DNA of 59,119 bases, the filler included, from Sphacelaria rigidula (lineage: Eukaryota): the NCBI GenBank assembly GCA_964200075.2. It is 5 parts of 5 records of this genome, joined end to end, with 100 filler letters (N's around TTAATTAATTAA, not from the genome) between each part and the next. Parts side by side here need not be neighbours in the genome. Positions count along the whole stretch, not along the records: positions 35,536 to 47,277 come from CAXNAA020004563.1; positions 47,378 to 59,119 come from CAXNAA020004564.1; 3 more parts are not named here. One strand, written 5' to 3'. Every line of letters starts with the position of its first letter. Position 1 is the first letter of the stretch. The notes beneath the pieces were generated by a model. That model was not told where the DNA came from. It searched no databases and was given only the letters and a program-made list of their open reading frames with translations. A program made the position numbers and the translations under genes. This document shows, piece by piece, positions 36,300 to 50,696 of the stretch.

Positions 36300-37765
36300 A
36301 AAGACTGAAACATTTTCGATTGGCCCTGTACCGGAATGAGAAAACATGATTTCAGGAAAGTAGATTTTTAGTTGTAAAACTGACGCAGATGGTACTATAA
36401 CGAAGGCAAAGGCTAGGCTGGTAGCACGAGGATTCGGACAACGTTTCGCGGTCGACTATTTTGAGACTTTCGCGGCAACGCCTTACATAGCCTCCATCAA
36501 ACTGGTCATGGCAGTGGCAGTTCAGGAAAAGTGGCCGCTGTACCATTTCGACATAACCAGGCTTTTGTTCAAGCGAAAGTGGACCCTGACGTGTACACCA
36601 GGCTGCCTGAAGGTTGCTACGCTTCAACAGACATGGCTGTTGAGCGCGAAACATCCATGTACGGAATCAAGCACGCAGGCAGACAGTGGTCACGTCTTCT
36701 GCGCCAAACTATATTGGAGGATGTCGGGATGGTGCAGTGTGAGGCTGACCGTTGTGTTTTCAAGATGGAGGATGCAGGAGACGTGCGTGTGATTTTAGTC
36801 GTCCATGTGGATGATATTCTGATCAACGGTACTGAGGAAAATTGTGCGAAAGGTGGACAAAATTTTGAACGGCAAGTTCCCCAGGAACAATCTCGGAGGG
36901 GTCACATGGTACATGGGATGTGCGGTGAACAGGGATTGGGATAGAGGCATGCCGTCGTGACGCAAACTACGTTCACGGGCACGCTCGTAAAGTGTTTTTA
37001 GGTGAGGGGATACTCGGAAACTCCTGTCTCTGTTTCAGTTAAGTTGGGGGCCGACAACGGGCGAAGGCAGTGGTGAAGCGCCCATACCGTAACGCAGTGG
37101 GGGGGTTGATGTGGCTGGCAACAGTCACTAGACCTGACGTAGCGAATGCAGTACGAGCCCTCGTTTGCCAGTCATTTGACCCGTGCGAGAGGCACTGGGA
37201 AGCGGTGGAAAAGGTGCTGAAGTATCTTGATAGGACAAAGGAGTTTGGGCTTACGTTCGAGAGAGATCACGACAGGCTTTCAGTTTACTGTGACGCAGAC
37301 TACGCTAAGAAGAAAATAGACGGGCGTTCAGTGTCGGAGGTAGCTGTGATGTGTGGTGGTGCGGTAGTGTCGGCAACGAGTCGCACGCAACTCTGAGTGA
37401 TCTTATCAACCACGGAAGCGGAGCATATCGCAATGGCCGAGGAGGCAAAGGAGGGACTACTCGTGAAGGCAGTGTTGACGTGTTTACGACCTCAGACTGT
37501 GCCGGGGTGCGGGGAGGACCACGGTGTTTTGTGCGAGGACAACAAGGGAGCCAAGGCTCTAGGCGAAAATCCCCTCAATTCTAAAAGGAGTGAGCAAATT
37601 GATGTGAGGTATCACTTCATTCGAGAACTCGTGGGGACGGGAAGGATCAGGGTCGTGCATGTAGATTCAGGATGGCAGCATGCCGATATTTTGACGAAGC
37701 CTCTCTCGATCAACTTGTTTGCGAGGCACAGACGGGTTTCGATGAATTTTGAAGGTGACAAGTAG
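36300..37765 (+). pseudogene. pol: Ty1/copia pol remnant (RT + RNase H)
   Basis: KAKARLVARGFGQ..VDYFETFA; HFDI..AFVQ; YGIKHAGRQW; VVHVDDIL; PYRNAVGGLMWLATVTRPDVA; YCDADYA; LSTTEAE; IDVRYHFIRE; QHADILTKPL. Frameshifted. A PPT-like agcggggg followed by TG occurs at ~38037-38046. Confidence 0.95.
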
Positions 37766-38123
37766 ACACGTTTTCGTGTGTACCTTTGTGTTAGCTCCGG
37801 GTATTTTCAGGTCTTCGTGACGCATTTATGCGCATATTGGGTCAAGCCACCCACGCTACTATGAGGGGCATGGATTTTGTAGGGCGTTTCCTGACATGAC
37901 GTGTATCTGCCTTGACCGGCGTCCATAGGTTATCTAGATGGAGCACAAGTAGTTGAGGGAAGAGGGTTTTGCTCGGATGGCCGGGTTTTCTCCTTCTTTT
38001 TTTTAGAGATTGCCACGGCGACTGATGTGCCCGTTCAGCGGGGGTGTTCATGTGAACGGGTATACTGTGAACATGCACATGTGCGGATATATTTATGCTG
38101 ACGCACGGATAGAATGAACGATA

Positions 38124-38503
38124 CACTGTAGAGAAAGTAACGTTACACCATCAGATAATGCGCCTACGCTCAAATACGACACGTTACAACGCCTTAAACA
38201 CTGGTAAATGAGCCACGACATGCAAAGACGGAAAAGTTACATTCGAATGTTACACGTGTCAACGACGCGTAATATTGGACGTTACACGTTCCATGAAGCG
38301 TTTCATGTTACACTACACGTAACGCAACGCAAAGTTAATTTTTTCCACATGATGGGTGACGCGAACGTCACGCCGAATTTTTGAATGAAACGTTCACGTA
38401 ACATTTTTTTCGGACGTGCCAAACGAAACGTAACGTGAACGTTAACTTTTACAGACGTGATGACCGTAAGGTGAACGTGGACGTGTAACGTGTAGACCCC
38501 TGC
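38124..38503. repeat. AACGT/GTTACA-rich segment, probable MITE remnant ending in a CAGGGG-type terminus
   Basis: Many aacgt/cgttac motifs; ends gtgtagacccctg. Confidence 0.4.
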
Positions 38504-41500
38504 TGTTGTGTAGGTCACGCCAACTTCATGTACATCCAACTACAATTTGTGCGCCAAGAGGATGTCGTCCCGTTCAATATCGCAGCTGGTGAAAAACGGC
38601 GCCATTTTGTTCAAATATAGTTTTTTGAACGGCTTCCATCAAGAGTTGGTCTGTAGGCTACTTCTCATGTATTAAAAAACAGTATAAGAAGTCGTTCTGT
38701 GATGACAAGCCAAAAAACACCCATGTGGTCAGAAAACGCGTTTTGTTTCAATCTGATAAAGATTTCCGATAGCCCAAAGTGATTTTCTGGTAACCTTGGG
38801 CTGCCGGGAAATGTCTTCGAAAAAGAGTTCGAAATCCCATCGCACAAAACACCCTGCAGCACCCATGATAGCTTGGCTGCCATCACTTCTGCTGGTGCTG
38901 GTGCTCGTGGGCAGTTAGCGTGTTGCTTCATTGTCCTTCGCCCGCCAGTAGCTTGGTTGCCCTTTACCCCACGAGAACAGCACAGGGTAGGTTCGATGAG
39001 GAGTGCTGTACAGACAGTCTTTATCTAGTCTGTGCAGCTTTGTGGCTTAGTTCAGATCTGTGGATGCAGCGTTTCGCGAACGGCAGTCGCAATGCAGTAC
39101 AGACTGCCCACGAATCCAAGCCTTGTAGAAATAGGACCGTACTGACTGTACACACAAGACTATTAAAAGTGCTACTATTTCATTACTACAGCCAATGCAT
39201 ACAAAACAGCACTGTTGTCTGTACTACTGTTGTCCGTGCTGGATGTCCGTATAGTCAAGTACTGCCGTGCAGCGAAAAAGCTCAACCGCCAGTTCTACAG
39301 TCAGTTACTTCAGCACAGAGCAAGGCGGTGTTCTTATTTATCGTCTTGCGTCATTGTATAAATTATCAGCTGGGATCATCCGCAAAGTAGGCGCAGTCCA
39401 CACGAGCGAGGTGCCCCAGAGGGAGGACCTGCGACCCAACAAGCGGCATATCTGAAAATTATGTTCAAGGCTGGATCGTCGGCAAAACTTGCAGGCTGAG
39501 GACGTGATTATGCCCTGCATTCGGTGGTGTACATGGTGGTGCTCGGTACGGGTGCCTTGCAGGACCGATGGTACGACGATAGGTGACGACCACGCTTCGC
39601 GTTCCAGCGCATCAAAACGCCTAGGGCGTACGTATTATATGGAGTGTACAACCCGCCTGAAAAAGAAGCATGTCAATCGCTTTCGAAGAAAACGAGAACG
39701 GCACCATCATTTGCATCCATGTCTGGCGGCGCAGCTGATGGCTTTGAAATTTGAAAACTCGGTAATGATCACTATAAAGTGCAGTATAATACGCCGATGC
39801 AATGTACGGCCTACAGACAGTACCCGAACCATAATACTGCGTGACCTCATATGACATGCGGCGTAACCAGGGCATAATGTCATCTCTTATTTATTTGAAC
39901 ACTTTCCTACGGTAAAGTCCCAGTTTCTAGGGCAACTTTGCATGTGGATTTCTCGCCTGCGACTGCGCGTTCCATCATGAAACTTCGCACACAAGTCGGA
40001 CACAACACAGAGAGCACATGCGCGAATCATTCGCGCGATTGGGCCCGAGATTTTCCAAGAACATGGCCACCAGCGATTTCGGGGAATGCCGTCAATGCGC
40101 CTTCAAATCGGCTATACTCGTACCGCAGCCCAGACTTTGCGCACTTGAGGGAAATGCATGCATGCACGCGCAGATGCACAAAAGTAGACATGTTGAGCGG
40201 CTGGGTGGTCGATGTGATAACAAACTGACACCCAGTGTTCCGCCGGGATTTTTCTTCTTTCATTAGTCCTTTGAACGCCTCCGCGGAAAACGGTGAAAAA
40301 CGGTGGATGATGGCAAATATCCTGATTTCACAAGGACGGTCAGCACCAGCTGTGCATGCAGCAGCGGTCCAGACAGCATCGCCCAGGCGGACGGAGCTCA
40401 CGCGTGGATGAGCAAGGTATGTTGATATATAGATAGGCAATTTGTGTCACAGATTAGAACGGCAACAGTGCTGTATGCAACGACTGAGGGCAGAATCCGT
40501 GCGGCCCAGCGTGAACACCACCCCCCCCCCTCGTGAAACCTGACTTCCTGTGTTATGGGAGAGCACGGCGCTCGGCCTACGCCACCGGTAGAGATACAAA
40601 GTTTTTTTCGACCATTTGGACAAAGTAGACTTTCTGTTGCAAAAGTTTTCACTGAACTCCATCGGTGTCGCAAAACTAACGACGTGACTGGAGTTTGAAA
40701 TAGTTAAAATTTTGCTCCGCACCACCACATGGGTGCAGTGGGGAGCCGCCTTCCTGCTCTACAAGCTGTTCACCCCAGTACAGTACAGGTCCCTGCAGCA
40801 CAATACCGTGCATGCTAGTGTAGCACAGAACTGTACAGCTTCGTTCAGTGAAGTGCAGTGCAGCACAGAGTGTTGTACAGTCTGTAAAGTGTAGTGCTCG
40901 GGTATGAACAGCGCCAACTGCAAGAAGAAACAATATACTGTACAGTCCTACCGTAGTGCGTATATGATGTGTCGAAGCCATCAGGATTCACGATGCGCAA
41001 CATGCGGCCGTAGGTCATGTGTAATTCTGCGGGTTACGTACTTCATAAAGGAAGCCATTAATCCCACCTGGTGCCTTTTTTTGCGCAACGATCGCATGTT
41101 GGGAACATGTACCCGGGTTCCAACGACCCCCCCGCATGGAGCGAGATAATTCGAGCGGACGTCGACATAGATTTCGAGTTGTGAAGTTGAACGATTCAAC
41201 CGTACGACGATCGCATGCAGTGACCATGAGATTAGATGGAGCGGCATCCAAAACCCCGTTACCGTTGGACGGCACAGCATGACAACCGCACGATTGAAGA
41301 TATCTGTGATCAAAAGTATTGACGTACGATCCTACATGCATCCACTCCCCGGCACATTCGCTAACCGTACATGTGCAAGAACACCGAGGCTCACAGTTGG
41401 AGTGCAACGTCTCGAGCACTTCTGAGACGCCGACCGGGGCAGACCGAACGTGAGATACGGCACCGCAATCGGTCTCGAGGTCAAAGCCCAACAAGATCCC

Positions 41501-44249
41501 TCATGCACTCATACTGCGCGAAGTAGAAGTGCTGAAGATCCCGCGCATCCGACTGCTTTCCCCTTGTTCCCGCTGATGATTGTGACTATTGAACGAAATT
41601 GAGGATGCTTACATTTCGGGAAATCATCCTTTCACACGAACCCCCAATCCTTTACAATCTGAAAAACTAGACCACATGGCGGACACGTTGTGCCCATCTA
41701 TCGTTTCCCGTCTCTTCCGGACAGGTAGTGAAGTGCCTGCACCACTCTCGCCGCCATCCCGTCCGACACATGCCACATCGGCGGTTGAAAGTAGATCTCC
41801 ACTCACGCACTCCGAACGTACAGCGCAGGTGGAAAATCTCGGGGGCATCGCGGAGGGTCACGCTGGCGAAGGGGTCAAACCGCAAAAGTGGCTGAGCCCC
41901 CCTTCGTACGGAAAAGATGCGGCGACTGTACTGTTCAGTGCGTCGGAGGCGTCCATGGCGTCTACTGATGACGCATCTGTACAAAAACAGGGGTTGTGGG
42001 AAAGCAACGACTGTCCAAGCGCAGAACGTAACAACTTCCAATTTCTATCGGGCGGGGAAGGCGCGACTTGTGAAATCTCCACTACTTTGGCGTCGGAAAA
42101 ACAATACACGGCAGGTGTCACCATAGAATCCGCGGACAGTGCCTCTCAAGGAAGTGGGTAATACCCCCCGCAAAAGCGGGAGAGCTGCCGGTGGTAGAGT
42201 CGTGGAGGTGCAGACTTCAACTCCGTCAGCCAAGGCCAAGAAAAGACGTACCCCGCCCAACTCCGGCGGAGGCACACCCCCGCATGCTCACATACATATA
42301 TCGAGACGGAAACGGACCGCAGCGCATCACCCGGAGGTTGACAGCGCATGGGAAGCATGGCATGAACAACAGAAGGCTATGTTGCATCACAGAAACGGGG
42401 TGAAGGAAGTTCAGCTTCTGGAAATACACTCTCCAGAGGAAGCGCCACATCCGCATCACCATACAACGCAAGACGGGGTCCTCCTCGGGGGTCACGGGGG
42501 GATTTTCCACGCCGTCGGGACACCGTAACGAGCGACCAGGCTGACCATGCACCTCGCAACCAACTCCTGGAGGTGCGTCTGCGTCAAAAAGCAGAGAGGA
42601 AGGCTACATATGCTGCCGCCCCTGGGGTCGACCGGTGTCGAGTTGGAGGTGTCGGCAGTTCATCTTTCGCGGCTTCGGAACAAGAGCAGGTAGCGCCGGC
42701 GCCTACGAACGGGGTTGTCAGCGAGCTAATGAGGCATCCCGACCGCCGGACACCACCCCCCGACACTGATCGCGGTGAACATCACGCGCGCGGTGAAAGA
42801 GGGAGGACGTCGATGCGACGCAGTAGCTCTCAAGGTCCCTCCGGCAAGCGTGATAGCTGCAGGAGGGTGCATTCTGCACCGGCAGGGTCTACCTAAGCGG
42901 GTTTGTCACGATGTGTGTGGCATCCAGTTCCCCCGTCGTCGACGACGCATGCAACACATGCTCCTCCTGCGGTCGGATACACGACCCGGTATTGCAACTG
43001 TGCTCCGCCTGCCATCGACCAGGACCCGGCAAAGGCGATGCCTAGCGTCATCTTGGCGCGGCACGAATTCCGGAGGCTCGGCTTTTTCTGGAGTCGTGTG
43101 CGGATGGTGGTGGCTTACACCCGGCTGCGCTTGTGCAAAACTATCAACCGAGTTCAGATTGCTTAGGCAACCGGCATGATTGTCTGTTGTGCTTGCTCGA
43201 GCGACGCAGGGTTGCGATTGATAGACGGAAGGCGAAGTCCCTCTTGCTGCACATCCGCGACTGTTGGTTTAAGTCCCCCCCCCTATCCCTGCCGAGCCGG
43301 ACTTTACTGCAGAAGCACACCATGAAGTAAATCAGTTTCTGACGGATGTAACCCGCCGGCACTGTTGGCATTGAGCGGTCTGTGCCGTTTGAATGTATCG
43401 AGTGATGATCCGGATTTGCTTTTTCCGACCGTGGAGAACGCAGGGAGTGGTTGGCGAGGGGATTCTGTTCATGCGGCGGATGATTTCGCCGTGTGGGCGG
43501 CGTGCGATGGCAGGGCCGGTTCGGTGGGCACCGCGAACGGGTCTGGTGGTGGTACACCACAACGGAAACACGGGGACGCAGTCTAACGGGGATCGGCGAT
43601 GCCCCGCGCCAGTGCCAGTACACACGGATTGACGCCGCGAGATAAGGCGCTGCGTAAGAAGACGAGGAAGAGAAAGGGGCAGATTGGGAGGCTGTACACG
43701 ATCGCGCAAAAACCTTGTCAAGACTGTTTCAGGCCGAGGATTCAGAGCAATGCACCACTTCCATCAAGTGCAGGTGTTGAAAATGCACGGCACACCCATG
43801 GCTGTAATCGACTACATTGCCGCCCACGGATTCTGGAAGACAGAGTTGATACGGTACAAGCGGGAGCAGTTCTACGTGAAGTGCAGGTTGGAAAAACTTC
43901 TCATGGCCCTTACGTTGAGGGCTGCTGCGATTCCTTGGGACAACTGCGATTTCGGCCGACGACAAGTGTTGCGGGGGCCGGCGTACATGTGAATACTATA
44001 GCGGCCACCTGCGTGGCTGTGGAGAATCTGTCTAGGCATGTGTCGCTCATGCATGTGCACCTTCAGCAAACTTTGGTCGGGATATTGCGTCGAAACATGG
44101 CAAGATGACGTGTCTGTGCATGCGGCACAGCGTTGCGTCTGGCACCAGAATATTTTGACAGTGGACCTGACCTCGCATGAACTTGAGGTTGTTTGCACTC
44201 GGGCGCCGCGCCGGAGAAATCCACTTGGATCTACTCATGCCAAGTAAAA

Positions 44250-44453
44250 CTCGACTTCACGGTCGACGACGGAAAGAGACTGCTGAACCCCTCTCGCGAT
44301 AAAAAATAAAGGCAAGCACCGCAGAAGGAAGGTGGGGTTTTGGAACAAAAAAATGTGTTGACCTTCCTCCTATGTGACCCCGGCTGTTGCGCCCACAAAT
44401 ACCGAGAGGTGTAGACCGGCCTCCAGGTAGATGGGACGACAACACACACACAC
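44250..44453 (+). mobile_element. 5'-truncated SINE, copy 3
   Basis: tcgacttcacggtcgacg...ccctctcgcgataaaaa.taaaggcaagcaccgcagaaggaaggtggg...gaccccggctg...(ca)n; lacks the tRNA head. Confidence 0.85.
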
Positions 44454-46798
44454 TCGTGCCGAGTAGTTTGAAGCTGCGGGTTGGAAATCCCTAGAGACGC
44501 CGTTTGTGTGTTTCCTATCCGGTACTGAGTCCCCATTGTGAAAAAAGCACGAGTAAGCGAGTAGGAGAAGAATTGTCTGTGGAAACAGTTCAGAGGATGC
44601 GGGAGTGCTTCTCTCATTTGAGATGCAAGATTCAGAGTCGAGCGCGGCGGGAGGTAGTTGGTGGTCGCACGAGACGACGTGCTCACCTCGCAAAAGGGCA
44701 TGAATTGAAGGTGTGAGGGCAAACAACTGCCTCACGGAGTGTATACTCCGCATCATCCGCCTTTCTTACGTCTCATGCTCAAATTCCACCCACTAGGCGA
44801 TATCGATGCAGAGGGGTGCCCAAGTACCTCTTCATGCGACTGGGCACCACGAGAGTGGGTCTAACTCGAAGGCCGCCATCGACCGTCTTGCTGATATACG
44901 TCGCGTGGATGAGAGGGGCGCGGCGGTGGCATGCATGATTGCCAGAGGGGTGGTCGAAGTAGTCAGCCGGGAATTGGATTGGAGATTCAGGTTCCGAGTG
45001 CAGCGTCTCGGAGAGAGAAAATTCGGCATCGGAATCTGTCAAATATCACGGCAATGACCTCGCGTGTTGACTGAACCTGTAGAGAAAGTTGGAGACATGT
45101 CTCACACAGATGAGTTGTGGAGGAATATATGTAACCCTGGCGGTCGTTTTTTGGAGAAGGAAGCTATAACCCGTGCATTGGGCTGATGGGGACGTTGTGC
45201 AGTGCTTGGTGCGGTGCGCCCTTGGGTGCGGACGTCGACGGCGGGTAGTCCGCCGACACCGTCGGGCGAATCTCGGGTCGTACCTGAAGATAAATACTAG
45301 TACTCATGGAATAAATCATAAAACACGAGTCAGGAGAAACCCATGGTCTTGCAGTGAACCTTTTGGAATACTGTGCAACACGATCACCGCACGCGCATCG
45401 ACTCCAGTCATGAGGCGGCGTCCACAGCGTTCTGCACAGCTGGCAAATCAGTTCGAATCTTTGATATGATCGAAAACAACCGATCATGAACATTGAGGAT
45501 GAAGTTTTTCATTGAGGAGGATGAGTCGGTTGAGTAGAATATCCATACCCACACCGATTTCTCGAAAAACGACTGCATTCCTCCCCGCTGTTGACAACTA
45601 CTGCACACCATACAACTTTGGAGTCCAAGAACAAAAAAATTGGAGTCTCCCGAGGGAAAAATTTGGAGACGAGTCCCCCGCCCCCCGCCCCCCTCTCCCG
45701 GAGGGCAATTTTTCGACAACTGTCATGATTTTTTTTCATTTGATTTGTTCATATTATTGAAGAAATTCATCAAGAAACACCGACGAAAACCGAAAGGTCT
45801 TGTGGACTTTGCGAGTTTCGTATATTTGCTTTTGCTCCTTGCTCGCTTACTTTCTCGATGACCTCGGATGCCGGCCGCCCTCACACACATGTATGCACAC
45901 GAGCGCACGGTAGCGACAGCTTGCAGCCAAAGTAGCAAATTTTTCTCACACCTCGCCAAACTCGCCCGGACTACTGGTGGGTGCTCGAGGCCCACGATCC
46001 GGAACATGATCCTATAAACGTAATCATGGTAAGTGATGAACTTGGGGGGGCGGCGTGTCCGCCATCTCATCGGTCTTCATGCCAACGATCTCTGTAGACG
46101 GTAGCTGACCGCACCCGCCAACGCCTCGGCGATACACAAGGGGACACCAAGCTGGGTGCCCCACTCCCCCCTCCCCTTAAAAACTCGAATTTTCGATCTT
46201 GGGACCTACGTGTCCAGACTTTTTTTGACAGCCCCTTGGTCCTACGTGATTTTTTTTCGGGGGAGGGGGGGGAATGCAGGTAATCAAAATGGGACACCCG
46301 ACTCCTATCCTCCACGTCGAGGATCACCTGTTCGAAGTGCTGAACGCTGGAGGAACATCTGATGATGTTTTTCATCCCCTAACCCGTCATATGTTTCCCA
46401 CCAAGCTTCCGTCTGCATCACACCGGACAGTGGATGTGACCACCAATACTTCGAAGCAAACACTAGCGCCGTTTCCGCGGTATCATACATCTATCCCCGA
46501 CAGCTTTTACAGCTTATAGTCTCGCTGACGACACAAGCAATCAGTAGAACGTGAGTGTGCGTTATACCATGCGTGGCGATCCCGGAAGCACGCTTCATGC
46601 GCCACCCCAGCGACAACGGCAAGCACGTGTTTGTACCGTCTCTTCTACTGGCGGGCAATGTTGATTGTTGCATGTATGAGTGGGGGAGAAGATATTCCCC
46701 ACGCTACAAACACGCGGCGCAATAACTACCTGCTCGATTTGAACACCACTTTCGTACAGGCTGGGCCAGCCTACAAGCGGATCTGTACTTCGCAGGCG

Positions 46799-47064
46799 AA
46801 TTCGCAATTTTTTTCTTGGAGCTAGAAAGTGAAATTTTGTATGGATAACCAACAGGGCATGAAGAAAAGCTGTCTGTGAGGTCCCAACGATTTTTCTTCA
46901 TTTTTCATGAGTTAAGGGCATTTTACTAAAACCTCGAAACTGATTTTTGCCCTTAATTCACGAAAAAAAAAATCGTTGGGATCTCACAGACAGCTTTTCT
47001 TCATGCCCTGTTGATCGTCCATACCAAATTTCACTTTCCAACTCCAAGAAAAAAATTGCGAATT
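46799..47064. repeat. ~265-bp foldback palindrome (MITE-like)
   Basis: aattcgcaatttttttcttggag...caacagggcatgaagaaaagctgtctgtgag.tcccaacgatttt...aagggca pairs with its inverted copy. Confidence 0.9.
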
Positions 47065-47277
47065 TACATTTGAAAAACCGAGGCGGCGGAAATTCGAAAC
47101 AGTATTTTGCGGGTCGTTTATCGGCCCACGTTTGGTGTTCGTGGGTTGAAACTTTGTGCGAGACCTTGCTAGGTCGTGATTATCCAGGGAAAATGGGGGA
47201 GGTTGGGTTTTATTATTTTCTTCATTGATTGAAGGCGTTTTAGTATGGTAACGATGATTTTTATACGAGAACGCCCG

Positions 47278-47377
47278 NNNNNNNNNNNNNNNNNNNNNNN
47301 NNNNNNNNNNNNNNNNNNNNNTTAATTAATTAANNNNNNNNNNNNNNNNNNNNNNNNNNNNNNNNNNNNNNNNNNNN
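47278..47377. other. Artificial contig spacer
   Basis: N44-TTAATTAATTAA-N44. Confidence 0.97.
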
Positions 47378-47450
47378 CGAAAGGGATGCGTGGTCAATGG
47401 TCAAACGACTAAGGCAAGCAACAAATGAGTACACCCCCCCACCACCACCA
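47378..47450 (+). mobile_element. LINE 3' end followed by a C-rich tract
   Basis: 55 nt identical to the reverse complement of 12775-12829, then a C run and accaccacca. Confidence 0.6.
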
Positions 47451-50400
47451 CTCGGATATTTTCGTTTCTCGTGCCGACGGCAGAATAAAGCGGTGAAACG
47501 GTATCGGAGCCTGGAAAAACTGAAGAGCATTGCGTGGGGTGATTGCGGTGATCGGTTGCGGTCTAAGGCGGAACACAGAAGCGGGCCATTGTCCGTAGCG
47601 GATCAGGTTTGGATATTTTGTAGAGCATGCAAGGGAGTAATAACACCATCTAGTTCGTCATCATGTGTTGACTAACTGAGAGATATACATACGAGGTGGG
47701 TCACCTTGAGGCATTTTTTGGCGGTTGACCAGCTTCACCCGGTCCGTTCCCAAGCGTTGGGAGTTGAAATTTTGACACAAGGTTTATGTCAAGACGCAAA
47801 AATGTACTGCCGCAGCCAGGAGAAAAGGTACAATCAAATTATAGCCAGTTTTAAGATCCAGACAAAAGTCGAAGATGTCATAACTCAATGAATATATCTG
47901 TGGCTAAGCAAATACGTCTTTGCGTATTGGCTTGTAGAACATACGTGTACAATTTCAGCTGACAACTCCTAAGTTGGGCCGTGTTCCATGTACTCTCGAC
48001 ATCTACATTTTCCTTTTGTAGAGGCTAGTTATATCGTCGAGGTCATACATTCCGCAGTATATTTTTATTTCGTTTTTTCTTGCACGGCATAGCGTGCATC
48101 AGTAGCTTGGTCTGTACTTATCAGCGATGTACTTAACATCAACGTGGTTCGGGAAACCGAAGAGGTATCGTGTGCTAGAGAAGGGGTAGCTTGTAGGCTT
48201 CCATCATAATGCTCCAGCAACCGCATCCTCCGAACAAAAAATCCCGTTCGTGGGTGGTCGCAAGTGGACATGGCCATCGTCACGGGAAATCATCACATTG
48301 TTTAGTCGTCGTGGAAAATGCGTGTTGTCTGATGCCACAGTCATCGGTCGGTGACAGCTCAGACCCTCCAGTCCGCGGGTGAAAGCAAGCGAAATCGTAC
48401 AAGCAGTAGCATTGCCCGCTCCATCCAGAAGAGTGCCTGCAGAAGATGACTGATGCATGGAGCTGATGGCGAATGAGTTGCCACCGGTCATCATCCCCCC
48501 CACACACACGCAACCCTACGATACTGTCGTCGCGTAGTGGAAATGGAAGCTTTGTGCTGCACAATCAGCAGCGACGGCAACAGCACTGTCCTGTCATATG
48601 CTCACGGGCTTCACCTTGCACGAAAAGGTGCGCAATACCATCTTTTGTACCGTACGCTACGAAAACCTACACTTGCGAAAAAAAGAGTTCTGCATTCATC
48701 ATTGGCCACCACTTGTGGAGGGGAACACGTGAGGGCTGTAGCGCCGCAGCAGGGTGCTAAGGGGAAGTGTGTTCAAACCCTTGCAGCATAGATGGGTGTA
48801 AATTACCCCTTGTATCGCCATCTGTGTGTTCGGATATCGGCGTTTGGGCGACACGCTGTACTTTGTTGCACGGCGGCCGTGACGTACAGTCTGCGGAACA
48901 AGTAGATGGATAAAACGGGCATGATTCTTACAGCCTGAATCTTGGAAGCACCGGCAAAACGTAGTATACGGGGCAGGCTGCTTCAAGAAAATGAATACCA
49001 AAAGATCCCGTTTTTGAGCACTGTCGACGCGTCGGTTGCTGTAGAGTTGAGGGGTGTTTCGTTGCGACGGAGGTGAAAATCAAGGGGCGAAAACGTGTAT
49101 TGTTTTACCGGCCGAGGTTAAACACAAGATTGGAGATGTTGAAAACACAATTGATGGCGCGCTCATCCGTGAGCGGGGGCGGGGGCGGGGCGGGTAAGGA
49201 AGTTGTTGGCAACGGGATGAACAAGTTATTACCTGTTTTAGATCTCATCGTAGCCATAGGATTCTCAGAGTCTACCGTTTACATGTTCACCAAATTGTCA
49301 CCGCAGCTCTACTTTTCAAGATATGCTCCCGTGATGCACCAACTGCGTCTGATCTCCTCAGCATTTTTTGTGTGTTCCCTCTCTAGCCACACAAAACCGA
49401 GCGTTGTTAGAGCGCTGTACCTATTTTTTGTTTCGTGGTCATGTGCGTCGGTGCGTGTGTGCTTCTAATTTTCAAAACGCCTGGCCCAGGAAGTCGTCTG
49501 CGCATCCCTGTATGTTTCTATCCACATGCCGTTGTCCACAATGCGGGAAACGACAAATCAATCGAACGAGTTTCTCAAGAAGCGAGTTGCGTCTTCACGT
49601 CCAAACGTGCTGCATGTATGACTTCTTTCCCCTTTCCTCTGGCGTGTATCGTTTCGGTTCTGGACACGAACATCAGGTTGAATGCTTGATTGACCTCGCG
49701 ACAGATCCTGACGTGCTGGGCAGGCAGTGGCTGGGACTGGCCACGTGGGTGTAGCTGATCAGGAGCGTAGAAAAACCCGCTTTGACTTTCCCCGACTCAA
49801 GTGTCGTCGGGGGTTCGTCGTCGTGTACCACTCTGCCGCCAATTGAGGATTTGACTCTGGATTTAAGCCTCGCACCTCGACCAGTGTGGCAGGACTTGCT
49901 TTTCAAACCTGCACGCAAATCCATTCCGGAGTCTGGTGGTGAGCGGCAGGTGATCGGGGTCCGCTTCTGATGACGCATGCCAAAAGCATCTCCACCATTA
50001 GAGGACGAGCCTGCATGCACTGCTGAAACGGCGCGAACGCACCCGTTCCACCCGACCCGGTCTACATCGCATCAAGTTGATACCGGCTTCAAATCATAAG
50101 GAGATGCGGAGAAGGGGGGGTAGGGAAGATTTCTCGCCAGATGGAAGGCTGGGGTTGTGGGGGTCGTGAAAATGCTATTCTAGGCTCACGCGCAAATCGC
50201 GGCCGAATCAGAGGTCAATGGTATTCGATTTCAGGGTAACGGACAGCAAGAATTAACATTTCTGAGGAAAGGAAGGAGTAAATGTACTTCGGCCTCGGTT
50301 GAACTGGCGGCTGGAAATGGTGTACGTTGATGTGAGCAACGGTGACATTTGATGTGGCTGCACTGGATGCTGTTGCTGGCGGTCGTGTTGTGAACAAGGC

Positions 50401-50696
50401 ACGCATGTTGCACGGGGCGGGGCGCGCGAGGGGGGGGGGGGGGGGGGGGGGCGGATAACTCTGCGAACTGGCAGCGACGGTGTACATTATTTGTCTTCTG
50501 CGACACCTGTGAAAGAAGGAACCGACGAGCGGTGGATGCGTGGGACGAAATCGGGTTGGAAATTCTAGGTAGTCACATGATCGTCCGATTTTACAACGCG
50601 AGAGCGGCCAGAGCATTGCATTCTCGTTATTCGGGCCATGCGTCCCTCGTTGATCGATGAGCAAAACTTGATCACGTCAAGCGATCGTGGCAACAC

